Below, piece by piece: positions 27,301-40,390 of a stretch of 64,000 nt of DNA. This DNA is from Antedon mediterranea (Eukaryota; Animalia; Echinodermata): NCBI RefSeq assembly GCF_964355755.1, contig NC_092677.1, forward strand, positions 22,989,175 to 23,053,174, in the 5' to 3' direction. Made by a program: the position numbers and the translations under genes. The stretch's first letter is position 1. The number at the start of each line of letters is the position of its first letter. The notes beneath the pieces were generated by a model. That model was not told the origin of the DNA. It worked only from the letters and a program-made list of their open reading frames with translations, and ran no database searches.

Positions 27301-27889
27301 CCATTATACATGACCCGCTGATGTTCCTTTTTTGAAGATCATTATATTCTAAAATGAATGACTTCTAGGGGGCGAATGCAACCATTGCAGTAATGGCTAT
27401 CTAAATGTTACAAAACAATAACCACTGAAAATATTCTGAACTAAATGTTAATTTTATAAAATTCAAAACTTACTCTTGCGAACATTTTCCATATGTTTGT
27501 TACTGTATACATTTCTTCAACGTTTGGTAATAAATAGTACTTCTTTTTGTATCTTGTAAAATGAAGATTTATGGATAGTTGGAATTTTGATGTCTTTAAA
27601 GATTTCTTCCATTGCGGTGAATGTATTTCCTGTATAAAACGTTGTAGCAGCAATCGCAACATTTCCAGCTGGCCGTTTGGTATGTCTGCATAATGGTTGT
27701 GATAGCTATAAGTGGAAAGCATGTCCTCTCCTTTAATTTTTAGCATGCTGCCAACACAAAATGTTGTTGGTTATGGTATGGGTGCCCAGCAATATGACCT
27801 CTTGGCATCTAACAAGCTGTAGCAGGAATTCTTCAAACACAATGTACTTCTTACTTTGGATAAGTCCATCAACTTCATCTTTGTCATTT

Positions 27890-28960
27890 GAAAAAACGTG
27901 CAGGATCCCGCTGGGAATCCCGCTTACCAGATCAAAAATCGGGAATCCAGACTATAAATCCCGATCCCGCTTTTTTGATTCCCGAAATAACGTCAAAATC
28001 TCGATCGGGATTTATAGTCGAGATTTCCAGAAATATTTTCAAATCCCAATTACGATTCCGCTTGGGATCATTGGACGGGATTTTATGTTTTTCTCTGAAT
28101 GAAATACGGTCGCGTACGATAATGGAATCATTTTATAGCAGGATTTTTGATCGGTATAAGACATCCATTATTTTTTATCGCAGATAAAATACTGATCTTA
28201 ATCTTGTTCGATCAGTGCGTTCCGTAGGCCCTATAAATGATTTCGTTAATGGTTTTATTGATGACCTTGAAATCGATAAGTTATCCGAAAATCTAAAAAT
28301 GCTGGTTACATTTAATCAATCCTTCGGTAATTGCGACACATTTATAATTTTCCTTGTACTATTGTTGCGTATGGCCCTGATTTGATCATTTAGTCGTTTC
28401 ACAATGGTATCCCATACTGTTGATCTCTGCTCCTCGTCTTTTTGTGGATAGATACCAAAGATGTGACCTGGAAAAAAGTTAATAAATAAATCTGGTATTA
28501 TTGTTATATTCTTGTTTCTTTATGCATGGTAATTGTTTTGAACTAACTTTTCTCTCTCTTTTGTGATAAACCACTTTCGAAATGTTATTTATTGCAAAAT
28601 AAATATTTTTCATATCATTTATCTTTACATTTATCTTTTAACATTAACACTATTTCAGTTTTTAAATATTGCTGAAAATGTTTCTTTAGGCCCTTTAGGC
28701 CCCTAATCATGTTTTTAATACTAATACGTTTTTGGATAATTGGTTTATGAAAAGTCATTTTATACGTTCGATATTATATTTCATGGGTTTGTGTTATTTT
28801 ACTGCTTGTTGGGATTTGGAAGCTTGTGTCATGTATTTGCTGTTGGATTTCAAAGCTTGAACTTAACGGTGAGCTGCACTCGCTTTACCATCTCGTTTGT
28901 TTTCTTGGTTGGGGTAGAGGAACTTCCTGGTTCAAACTCCATCCCACCAGCTTCTACCTC
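27890..28960 (-). mobile_element. Probable EnSpm/CACTA-like remnant with BEN-like exon
   Basis: ATCCCG/CGGGAT subterminal-type repeats 27900-28080; exon-like GHIFGIYPQKDEEQRSTVWDTIVKRLNDQIR after a ccag acceptor. Confidence 0.4.
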
Positions 28961-29102
28961 CTTAATGGAAAAGAAAAACATACCAATTTTAGAATGATTG
29001 ATGTACACTTGTTACACTTCTACTGTATTTAAAATTATATTGAATTAAACATTTTTAAAAGTAATTTTGATAAATTCTGAATGATTACAATACTGTATGC
29101 TT

Positions 29103-29200
29103 CAGGGCATCACATATAAAAAGTGCAGGAGAGCCCTGATTTGCCTCCTAGGATTATTAAGAAGAGCATTCTGCTCTCCTTGCAAATCCTGGTGTATTCC
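29103..29200. mobile_element. Solitary CAGGGCATCA terminus, same family as 2776-4103
   Basis: CAGGGCATCACATAT...CAGGAGAGC...GCTCTCCTTGCAAA resembles the reverse complement of 4020-4103. Confidence 0.65.
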
Positions 29201-29245
29201 ATTTATTACACTAAAAAAAAACCATCAGGGGCTACAATTAAAAAA

Positions 29246-32200
29246 CTAGACATGAAACTCGTCACTTTGACGAGTTAGTTATCCGCACCACGACAAACGC
29301 CACGTGCACGTCATACGTTGGAATATTGCACACAGATAAAGATTATGGCATTATGACAAGAACTGAAGAATATGATATGCTGTTAGTGCTGAATTCTGTC
29401 AATTTTGTGTCATGTAGTATATACATGCAAACACTACAGTATATATTACATACAGTGTAGAATAGGTGAAATTACGGGACCCGCCATTTATTCCAATTTT
29501 TAACATGGCGACTGTATCAAAATGAAACACTTAGATAGCAATTTCAGAAGGAAATTATCTTAGGAACAACATATTAACGTGTAGAAGAAATTTGAATACG
29601 TAAAATATAGATGCGCACCCTTTTAAATGTGATGAACTATTACGCAAAATATGAAAATACAACTTTTTTTATTCAACTGGCCATATGATGACGTCACAAC
29701 ATCCGATTGGCAAAATGTTTACATGAATTCGTATCTACAATCCAATAGCTTCCAGAAAACGTTTTAATCGTGATTATCACATTTTATTCTTACGAGCTAT
29801 TACAGAATAAAATTTACTGTAAAGATGAAATTAATGACCCACGTAATTGAAATTTTTAGGCATGATGACGTTATAAAAATTTAAATATTTTTATCTCATG
29901 CTAAAGAAAGTTGATTGACCTAGACAATATATAAATATAGGAGAAAAAGGAATACAGATAAGCGTGATGCGCTCCATTGAATGTGATGAGCAATAACGAA
30001 ACAGACAAAAATCCTATATTTTACATTCGTGTGGCCATACGATTACGTCACAATGTTTTTTTAGCCTTATCGATGCATGATCCGATATCTGCAACTCATC
30101 AACTTCTAGATTTTGTAATAAAAATAAACGGTTCACGGTTTACTTTAGAAACTATGACTGTTTAAAATAAGACATTATTTTGATGATTTTTTAAGCTTTT
30201 TCATAAAAAACGCGCACAAATTGTCTAATTCAACGTGTTCGTATGGCGTTATTTAAACTGGAAAAGTTCTAAATTGTTTTCAAAATTACTAGGAAAGGCT
30301 TGAAAAATATAATTCAAGAGAAAAAAATATGTTTTTATCGCTACGTGCGCACCGCGTGCGTAAAAAATTGCGCGCCCGTGGGAATTTTTGACATGCTCAA
30401 AGTGACATGAAACGCGTAAAAAGTTGATTAGAAATTAATTTTGCGCATTTTGAAATTTTAAATGCGCGTGCGCGCGTAACTTCTTGTGAAACATGCCATT
30501 TTTAATCCCTGACTTAAATTTTGTCAAAGTGTCAATACTAAATGACTTTTGGTTTTTAATCTATGATCAATCATTGAAATTCATAAAATCGCGCGTAAGT
30601 CACGTTGCGCAACTATGACGTCATTCAAAAATAGGAGGTGCACAACTTCACGTAAATGCCCATATGTTGTCAAAGTTATGAAATGTTATGTTTACACATT
30701 TTAGAGAAACGCGACTCACAAAAAGGAAGGAAGGAAAGAAGAACTAGACATGAAACTCGTCACTTTGACGAGTTAGTTATCCGCTCGACAAACGCCACGT
30801 GCACGTCATACGTTAGAATATTGCACACAGAAAAATATTAAGGCATTATGACCTGAACTGAAGAATATGATATGTTGTTATTTCTGAATTCTGTTATTTT
30901 GTGTCATATAGTATACACAGTACAATCATCACAAACAGTGTAAAATAGGTGAAATTACGGGACCCGTATTTTATTGTAATTTTTAACATCTTGACGGTTT
31001 CAAAATAAAATGTAAAAGTAGAAATTTCTGAATGAAATTATCTCAGCAACAACGTATTAACGTGTAGAAGAAATTTGAATACGTGAAATATTGATGCGCG
31101 CTCTTTTAAATGTAATGAAATATAATGCAAAAGATGAAAATACGACTTTTTTTATTTAACTGGCCATATGATGACGTCACAACATTCGATTGGCACAATT
31201 TACACATGATTTTGTATCTACAATACAATAGCTTCCTGAAAACGTTTTAATTGTGATTATCACATTTTATTCTTACGAGGCATAACAGATTAAAATTTAC
31301 TGTAAAGATGAAATTAATGACCAACGTAATTTAAATTTTTAGGCATGATGACGTTAAAAAAATTAAAACATTTTTAATTCATGCAAAAGATAGTTGATAG
31401 ATCTAGAATATATTAAAATCGGAATGAAAATGGACAACGAATAAGTGGAGATGCGCTCTATTAAATGTGATGAGCTATGACGAAATAGACAAAAATCCTA
31501 TATTTTATATTCGCGTGGCCATACGATGACGTCAAAATGTCCGGTTAGCCATATTAATGCATGATCCGATATCTACAACTCATCAACTTCCAGAATATGT
31601 AATTAAAAAAAAGTTCTCCATGTAGTTTAGAATCTATGACTGTTTAAAAATAGGCATAATTTTGACGAATTTTTGAACTTTTTCACCAAATACGCGTGCA
31701 AATTATCTAATTCGACGTGCTCGTATGACGTAATTTTAAGTCGAAATTGTTTAAAATTTGGTAACATTACTAGAAAAGGCTGAAAAAACATAAATCACGC
31801 GAAAAAAATATGTTTTTAACGCTAAGTGTGCACCGCGTGCGTAAAAATGTTCGCGCGCGTGGGAATTTTTGACATGCTCAAAATGACATGAAACGCATAG
31901 AAAGTTGATTAGAAGTTGATATTTCGCACGTTAAAATTTTAAACGCGCGTGCGCGCGTAACTTTTTGTGAAACATGCTATTTTTAATCCATAGAAAGTTT
32001 GCGCTTGATATGACTTAAATTTTCACAAAGTTTCAAAACAAAATTATGTTTGGTTTTTAGTCTATGATCAATCATTGAAATTCATAAAATCGCACGTAAG
32101 TCACGTTGCGCAACTCTGACGTCATTCAAAAATAGGAGGTGCACAAGTTCACGTAAATGTCGATAGGTTGACAAAGTTACGATATGTTCTGTTTACACGT

Positions 32201-32391
32201 TTTAGAGAAACGCGACGCACAAAAATGACAGAAAGAAAGAAGTATAATACAGAAAAAAAAAAATTTGATGAAACAGGACGATTACAAGGAGTTATCCGCT
32301 ACTAAGCGGATAACTAATAATACAGAAAAAAAATGTTGATCTCATACAATAACAAGGAGTTATCCGCTTGGTATACCAAGCGGATAACTAA
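29246..32391 (-). mobile_element. Second HINE-like dimer, more diverged, head-head-body-tail-body-tail layout
   Basis: Reverse-complement homologue of 15385-18505; CTAG tails at 29246 and 30744; two AGTTATCCGC...GCGGATAACT heads at ~32290-32317 and ~32358-32391. Confidence 0.8.
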
Positions 32392-32439
32392 AAAAATAAA
32401 TTATAAATATTCAGTCTTCAGTCAGAAAGAATAGCTGTA

Positions 32440-33900
32440 TTAGTGTACTGAAACTTCTTTACATGGTACTGTTGCTTACAGTACACCTATCACCATAATA
32501 ATTTCAACAAGAAGACAGACGTTTGGGAATTCATGCTTCCTGAATTGAAGAATTCTCTTCCAAAGTTCTCTTGCTTGTATACTATGGTAAAAGTTCTTCA
32601 AATTCAAATATTCTTTATTCATCCTCTATCATGAAAATATACAACAACAATATATGAGAACATAAAAAAGATGAAAAGGAAACACATAAAAACTCAAAAG
32701 AGCTTGATTAGTTGTGTCCCCCTATGTCCCTAACTAGCCTAAAAAACTAAAACATAAATAATAAAAAAGCTAAATCCTGCAACAAGTATAATTTTTAAAA
32801 TTATTTGTAAAATGATAATAAATGTTCTTTAAACAATGATTTAAATATATATATTGATTTGGTACTTTGTAGTTCGTAATTCAAGTCATTCCACAATTTG
32901 GGTCCCACACACACAGAAGTACGATTACGTTTTCTGAGTCTCATTTTGTCTTTAGATCTTGTATTATAATTATGGTAAGAACCATTTTTAATAAAGAGCG
33001 ATGAAAAACGCACGTCTTGACAATAATCTTTAAACTTTTCCACTCAGCTTTAAATTTAGCATAATCAAAGCTAGCAGCTTCAAGAGTATTGGTAAAGTGG
33101 TCGGCCACGTAACTTAGAGATTCTAACTCTTCGGCAGAATCATCTCTCCAGTTGGCAGGGTTTAGCCATATCATGTGTTTGAACACATCATGGTCGATTG
33201 TGCTAAATCTTTAATCAAGGCATTCCTGCAGAGCAGGAACTTGCCAATGTTGCCTAAAGTTTCAGCAGCATGACGTCTGTGTGTTTCATGAACCATTCTG
33301 TCCCACGAAACGGTGGTGTACTCTCTGTTGTGCACTGCCCTTTTCATGTGGCCTATTCTAGCAATATCACAGGAATTGCGACACATTTATAATTTGATCT
33401 TATACTTATTGTTGCGAATGGCCCTGATTTTATCATTTAGTCGTTTCACAATTTGTGTCCCACGAAACGGTTGTGTACTCTCTGTTGTGCACTGCCCTTT
33501 TCATGTGGCCTCTAGCAATATTACAGGAAATTGTGGTATCATCGAGAGTATACCCAGCCTTTGTTATTACTCTGTTGGTAGTATCTTCATCAGATCCTGG
33601 AGGTTCATCTTTGCCTGTTCTGTTGCTGGCAGCACTTCAAAAACATCTATATCCCCCAATTTCATTGAAAGTGTTGTTACAATGTGAAGAATTTCAAAGT
33701 ACATGTATGTTGTCATAAAAAAGTCGATTCCTTTCAGGCACTTTAAAATTCCCATGAGCTTCGCATTCAGTGAACTATGATGTCTGTTGGCAATAGAGTT
33801 TTCTATAATTGCAATATATACATGCACCATTTCTGTGGTGTCCAACAAAACGTGTACCATGCACCTTCGGAAATCTGTACACCTGTACACTGTGTGCTTT
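32440..33900 (-). pseudogene. hAT (ZNF862-like) transposase remnant interrupted by a LINE
   Basis: WLNPANW...AEWKSLKIIVK resumes after the insert as NFYHSIQARELWKRILQFRKHEFPNVCLLVEIIMVIGV..SNST..RSFS (hAT dimerisation domain). Confidence 0.75.
32597..33015 (-). mobile_element. 5'-truncated CR1/L2/Crack-group LINE 3' end
   Basis: HNYNTR...GPKLWNDL...FKSLFKEHLL-stop, 3' UTR, AATAAA and (TTGAA)-type tail. Confidence 0.8.
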
Positions 33901-35250
33901 AGCAGTTTCTTCAAAGTGCCTCTTAAATTTTCTTAATCTTTTTATGAGATAATACAGAGTTTAGCAAAAATGTTAAATTGTTTTTGTTAACTACTTATTT
34001 TTAGGGTAAGACATCATTTTTTGGTTTAAAAATTGCTAAACCCAGCAAACCCCATCGAACCAACATAAAAGTTAGTGAATTGTGTAGTGTACTACACACT
34101 AATATGTTAATTTAAAAAAAATTACATTTTTGTTTTTATCTACCTATTTTTGGGGTAAAACATTATTTTTTGGTTAAAAAGTAATTGCTAAACCCCGCAA
34201 ACCTCCAAAAAAACATAGCAAACCCCATGTTGTGTTCCATGTTGGTCGTGATATTTTTTTTGTAAGTTTTGTCTGTGGATAAGCCTGTTGATAGGTTGTC
34301 TGTCATCGTTTTGGGTTTTTACGGGTAGGTTGCTTCTCACACTTCTCTTGTATAATATTTGGTGGTGGCAGATAGCCTGTCTATTGGTATTCTCATACAC
34401 AGGAGTGCTAGATATGCATCTGTGCCACTGTCTTTTGACTTTTGTTGTACATTTTTAACTGTCTGTATTCTTTCAATAAATCTATTACTTTGTCAGTAAT
34501 GTGGATTGTGTAACTTGTTGATTATACTATGAGTCCTAGCATTCATTACCACACAAGTCACATGACTACAAGACATCTTATTACAGATGCCATTTACGTC
34601 TTTTGACACATCCTAATGGTTAATATCTCTCGCATAACACAATTTTAGATTTCAACAGATTTATTTTGGAGCAATTTTTGGTACCACATAATCTGCAGAG
34701 ATACTGGAGGCAACATTTGTGCCGTTCCATTTTCTACAATTTCCTGAAAATAAAAATTATTAATACTAATTTAGAAATTATAAAAATTTTAATGACATTT
34801 AAAAAAAACAATACTGCACTTATTGCTAATATTGTAACTTTATTTTACAATATTAGCAATATGAATTGGTATTACCATTAATTGTACTGCATTTCTATTC
34901 ATATTGTATATTTTGGTTAGTAAATAAAAGTTTACAAGGCATTCATCATATTTAAATTTCTTACGTTTTTAGTTTACCAGATTTAATTTTGGCCTACAGT
35001 AGGTCCAAAAAAACTACTAAAATAATACATTAAAAAATTATCTGACATTATATTACAAATTAGCCTAATAAATATTAATAACAATGTTAATAGGTTCATG
35101 AATTATAATATCAAACAAGGGTACTCTAGGCCTAGCTATGTTCACGCTAACCATTTGCGTTTTCGCAAATTGCGATTGGAGTTGTCAATTTGCGAAAAAA
35201 ATATTATATCATTCACAAAAATAGCGAAAATAATTTTTCCTTTTCGTTTA

Positions 35251-36110
35251 TACTTTTTAGCGCTCTTAGAAATTGTGTGGGTGTTGAGCCAGAAAAAAAG
35301 AATAGCCCCACTTAGTAAAATGTTACCCATTGGGATACCTCTAGCATCTGACTGACTTTTCCACTCGCGGTTAGTGTAGCAACATAAACAACTTATGTTT
35401 GCAATAAGCATGCTTCCCTTGTTACAACAAAATATTTGAACTTTTCTTGAAAAACAGGAAAGACATATAGACAGTAGCATCAGTAGCTGGTTGTGAAAAA
35501 CAATGTATTTTGTCTGTCTATGTGCATCTCCATTAAATCCAGGTTTCATGTCATCATCTTCCCTAAACTTATAGATTCCGTAATATTTGGTTGCGTAGCT
35601 ATCTGTATTGCGTAGGGTTGCACGGCCGATGCGATTCTCTTCGTTCGTGTTGTTTAACACTTTCAAATCGAAGTCGTTTACATGGTGCCCTATTCCAAGT
35701 TAGAACACCACGAGGAGTCATGTTGTGTTTTTGGCACAGCAAACAGAACATGTCTTCTTCCTCTTGCATTACCAACCATTTAAGGGTAAAAATTGTCAGC
35801 ATGTTTGCCTTTACTCTTTGGTTTATTGATTTAGCTACACATGATCCAGAAAAAAGGGTTGCTGCTGATGGTAATATATTTCCTGCTGGAGTATTATTTA
35901 TCATTGGCTGTGAATCCCACAATCTGCTGAAAGTACATGCTGTACAAACCTGTCACACACGACAAAATGTCCCCTGCACGGCTGAAATGGTGCTGTCTGT
36001 CACTTCACTACAAAGAGGACAAATACTAAAGGCCGATAGGAGATGTTCTTCATAAACCATGAACTTTCAATTTTCATCCTTTGTATAGGTCACCTGGCAC
36101 ACAGTCTCTG
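35251..36110 (-). pseudogene. Two Kolobok transposase fragments flanking a hAT TTF-type zinc-finger fragment
   Basis: YIVFHNQLL..C..C...WKSQ...GNILLSGAILF (35251-35580); WL...MFCLLCQKH...HERRESH (35600-35800); WDSQP...GNILPSAATLFSG (35830-36110). Confidence 0.6.
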
Positions 36111-36199
36111 TGAATTAACCAACATTCTTAGTGTTACAATTGACCCCTTGGAAAACATTTTTTTTGGGTTTTTTTTGCACAAAACGATTTATATGCAGT

Positions 36200-36930
36200 T
36201 TCAAATTCTCCAAGCAAGTCTTGATTTGTTCTCCATGGAAAGTACAGAAAATGATGGAGTTTGTATACAAGCTGCTTTTTCTCTGGTAGTTATGATTATG
36301 CAATAATGGGACCGATTTGCGTGTACCGTATTGGTAAATGTTATTCTGTAGTTGGTAGCAAAATTTGCGAAACTCATATTATCAAAAAGTGGATTCTTTG
36401 GTCGGTTACAGTAATGTTGGATAATGCTGTTGATAAATATGTCATCATTTTTTGACAAGTGAAGAAGCTGTGATTTTGGTTTAAGAATGTGTATACGTTT
36501 TTCTGGTAGATTAGTATTGATAAACGTAACATTTCTGGATAAACTATAGAATGGGAGTCCACATAATCGATAGGCTGTTTCTTGAGCAGATACTGTACCT
36601 GAAGTTCTTTTGTTTCTGGTTTTGTTATATACGAAGAGACAGCAGCATATGGCGTTCCAACAATTTGGATGTCCATATTAGCTTGCCAATTAGACAACAA
36701 TGTAAGGTTGTATGGATTAATGTTTATTTCATCATGTGTTCTATGAAGACTGTAGAATATTGCTTTCTTATGTACATCTTAAAAGTTTATCGTTGTTCGC
36801 TGCTGTTCTACTTTTTGAAAATCAAAACAAACGGCACTTGCTGCTTGAACTACCATATTTTGCTTTGCATGTGAATGTGTGCCTGTGGGTTTGAAATGAC
36901 GACACCATCTTATGTTGTATTGCATCTTTT
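36200..36930 (-). pseudogene. Helitron/Helentron Rep-helicase fragment
   Basis: FQTHRHTFTC, INPYNLTLLSNWQANMDIQ...YITKPE, HYCNRP...DNMSFANFATNY. Confidence 0.75.
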
Positions 36931-37439
36931 CAGAAGGTTTCTAGATACATTGCATTTAATTTTAAAAAGTTATTAACACAAGAATACAAAATATAAAACA
37001 AAAAAGTCTACCAAACTTTTATTAACAAAAATATATAACATGGGTATAGGTCACAAAATAAACTAAAAAACAAAAAAAATAAATAAACGATAAAAATGCA
37101 TTACAATAAACATTTTGCTTATTGAGTCTTATGTTGGTAAAATATCTATTGCATTAAACAATAAAGTGAATTAAATGTTTTTGGACAATACAAAAAGATA
37201 TTTTAAATGTTATTAATACCTTTTATAGTTCTCCTACATCTCATCAACACATGATGTACTTGTAGGAACTATATACGCCTTCAAGATATTAATTTACAAA
37301 AGATAACTTAGCCCTACAATACAAGTCTAGTAATACTACAAGGAGTAGATGCTAGCTAGAAAACATCTATGCCTAGCTAGCCTAGGTAGGATAATACAGC
37401 CCGGTCTGGCTAAGCCTAGCTACTGTCTGTATGTAGCCT

Positions 37440-37610
37440 TGTTGTTGCCAGTTAATGATCTTCAATTCTTTTTTTACTGCGTTTTAACGGCGGTTTTGGT
37501 TCACGTACATATGATGTTACGTGCCCCCTTTCCCTTTTTCACCACTTTCCCCTCCGCTTCGCATTGACCACACCCATACTTTCCATTAAATTGTGCCATG
37601 TTTTTAACCA
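37440..37610 (-). pseudogene. EnSpm/CACTA-type transposase fragment
   Basis: MAQFNGKYGCGQCEAEG motif. Confidence 0.6.
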
Positions 37611-38969
37611 TACTCATGGCTGGCAAATCCATTGTTGCTGCCAACAATTTAATACGTATGGTTCTATTTGCCACCAGTACGCCTTCAAGATATAGAATTT
37701 ACAAAGATAAATTACCTATACATTACATTCATACTGTAGTTCAGAGCGATATTTTATAGTCCTTCAAAATTGTAAGACATTTAAAATTCCATTACAATTA
37801 CAATTTCCAGTTTCACACACAAAAAAAGTATATTTATAGGGTTGTAGTGTACGTAAAGTACCTTTTTCATATAGATGGTTAAACGTTGGTATGAACAAAT
37901 GTACCTTATGTAACCGGTTCTTGCTGGTTACACACCAAATTCGGGATTCAAGGTGACGTTCACGCAATGACAACTCTGAGGCGGTTTTGTTGGTTTCCAG
38001 ATAGGTTTATTCTGGAGTTATTCTCACTGCGGATCAGTCAATAAGAGATCAGAAAAACTTCATTAAAACATAATAATAAAACATAGTTGTAAGTCAGTAT
38101 ACAACACACATTTGATTGTATAGTTTCTGCCTTACATTGCGTTGTGTCTAATTTACGTTACTTTAATGTAGCAGCATATATACTTTAACGGTTTCAAAGT
38201 ATATCAAATAAAAATATTACAATACAAATTTATATTATTATTATAGTACACAAGAAGTTTTCCATTATTTATGGTAGTATAAATACACCAACATAAAAGT
38301 ACTGTTTAAAGTTGCCCTAAATACCAGATTTAACAAATTAGTCTAAACATAGAGAAAATAATGATCTAAAATAACATATTAATTACAGTAAATTAAAAAT
38401 GTCCTTACCTGCGGTTCAGTCAATAAGAAATGAGGTTTATCATTGATGTCCACATCTATTATAGGGGTAAATTCTGACCAAGTCCAATTTCCGCGAAAGG
38501 AAACCGACTAACTTCGCTCATAAAGGACACTGCGATAAATATGTACTATAAACAGCGGTATTATTAAATGATAATGATATTATTTACCATTTTTATGATT
38601 TCATAATTAATAGAATATGCAACGAAATATTAAATTAATTACCCAAATAAATTATTATACATGTACAAAAATGGTAGAGTCCAACTAACTTAACTAATTA
38701 CTGTAAAACCAGTCTTTTAAGGAAAGATAAACAATTAACTTTACTCAATTAACCAGACTAAGAAAATATAAACAGCATGAATGTTTTGGAGGTGTGAAAA
38801 TGATGATAGTTCAGGAAGTTCTTAATAAGATTTTAGTTAATTTACATGTGTATCTATATATTGAGATATTAATGCAGAACAAAGGATAAGATAAAATACA
38901 AATGAGTTGCAGGCCAGAATAATTACTAATACTATACAAGTTGAATACTTTTAGCACGTTGTAATGAAA

Positions 38970-39360
38970 GGCCGGTGGTGTCCGAGGTTCCGGAAGGCCA
39001 ATAGGTGGCCATACCCCATTTTGTTTTAACATAGCCCTGACTTCAACCGGACTGTCGGCAACAATGTGGCAAGAGGCAGTGCCAGCATTGTTAGCATTAA
39101 ACTTTATATGGTGAAAACTTTTGATGCCATGCAATGGATAAAAATACCCATCCAGGAAAGATTTCCAGTTATAAACTGGGATGAAAGTTTCCCCTTTCTC
39201 GTCTCCAGCAAGATGCGGAATGTTGACAATAGCTTGTGTGCTGTCTCTTTTTGCCTTGCTTATGTAATTCAAACAGGAACTGTGCTGCCGGTTGTAGCGC
39301 TGCTTGATAAGGCCAAAACACCAGTCGCGGGCGAATTTGGTGTGCCAAGCAATCATAAAT
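38970..39360 (-). pseudogene. Sola-like DDD transposase fragment
   Basis: HTKFARDWCFGLIKQRY...VYNWKSFL...GIKSFHHIKF; superfamily tentative. Confidence 0.6.
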
Positions 39361-39649
39361 CTGTATCCTTATAAATAATGTACTGATGTTGTCAAATTTA
39401 AGTTTTCATTAAGTTTAATACTTGCTGAAAAATATAAATTATGACTATTAGGTTTGCATTGTTGGCTAATAGCTAGTAGACGCACTGATGACCGTAGGCC
39501 TAATAGCAGTAGTAGTACTAGGACTCGGAGTAGTGTGGCTAGCTGACGGTGGTCGACTGGTTGTTGAAGGGAGTCAAGAGCCAGTAACATAAGCTGGTTT
39601 TGTTGCTGGACGGTCGCCGAAAATGGCATTCATTTTGTTGAAATAAGGC

Positions 39650-39870
39650 CACTCTGTAGGTCCATTTCCAGATTTACCTTGTTCGTCTTTGGATTCTAAA
39701 TATTCTTTCATTTATTTGTAATCTGCGTGAATCCAATTTCAGTCTTTTTTTAATGTCCGCCTAAAGTAGCCCATTTCGTCTGGTGCCGTCTAATCCGTTT
39801 TCAATTTTTGAGTTTCCCCAAATACTAATAAGGGCCACTGTAGCTGCTTCACTCCACTGAATATTAACCA
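39650..39870 (-). pseudogene. Myb/SANT-like fragment (Harbinger accessory type)
   Basis: WSEAATVALISIWGNSKIENGLDGTRRN. Confidence 0.65.
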
Positions 39871-39989
39871 TAATTGCAATAATTTCACTGTTCCAACTAG
39901 TTGTAAAAACAAACGCAAAATAAAAATAGCGTGGGTACGGCAAAAAAGCCCTGATAAAAAATGGCCTCTGACCCGATTGTTTACCACAA

Positions 39990-40390
39990 TGAAATGACAT
40001 ACTGTCATAGCGTCCATCTACTCCAATAGAAATATCCTTGTAGTTTGGCAAGTGCTTATCCCTTTTAATTTAGAAAACCAATTATTCCTTACAACTCTGT
40101 GTAAGAAATTTTGACGGAAAAAAGTATGTTTATTCATGGCGCTTACTTTTTAGCGCTCTTAGAAATTGTGTGGGTGTTGAGCCAGAAAAAAGAATAGCCC
40201 CACTTAGTAGAATGTTACCCATTGGGGTACCTCTAGCATCTGACTGACTTTTCCACTCGCGGTTAATGTGGCAACATAAGCATATAATGTTTGCAATAAG
40301 CATGCTTCCCTTGTTACGACAAGATATTTGAACTTTTCTTGAAAAACAGGAAAGGCATATAGACAGTAGCTTCGGTAGCTGGCTGTGAAA
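39990..40390 (-). pseudogene. Kolobok transposase fragments
   Basis: 40144-40390 is a close copy of 35251-35497; ISIGVDGRYDS resembles the catalytic GDGRxDS motif. Confidence 0.55.
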
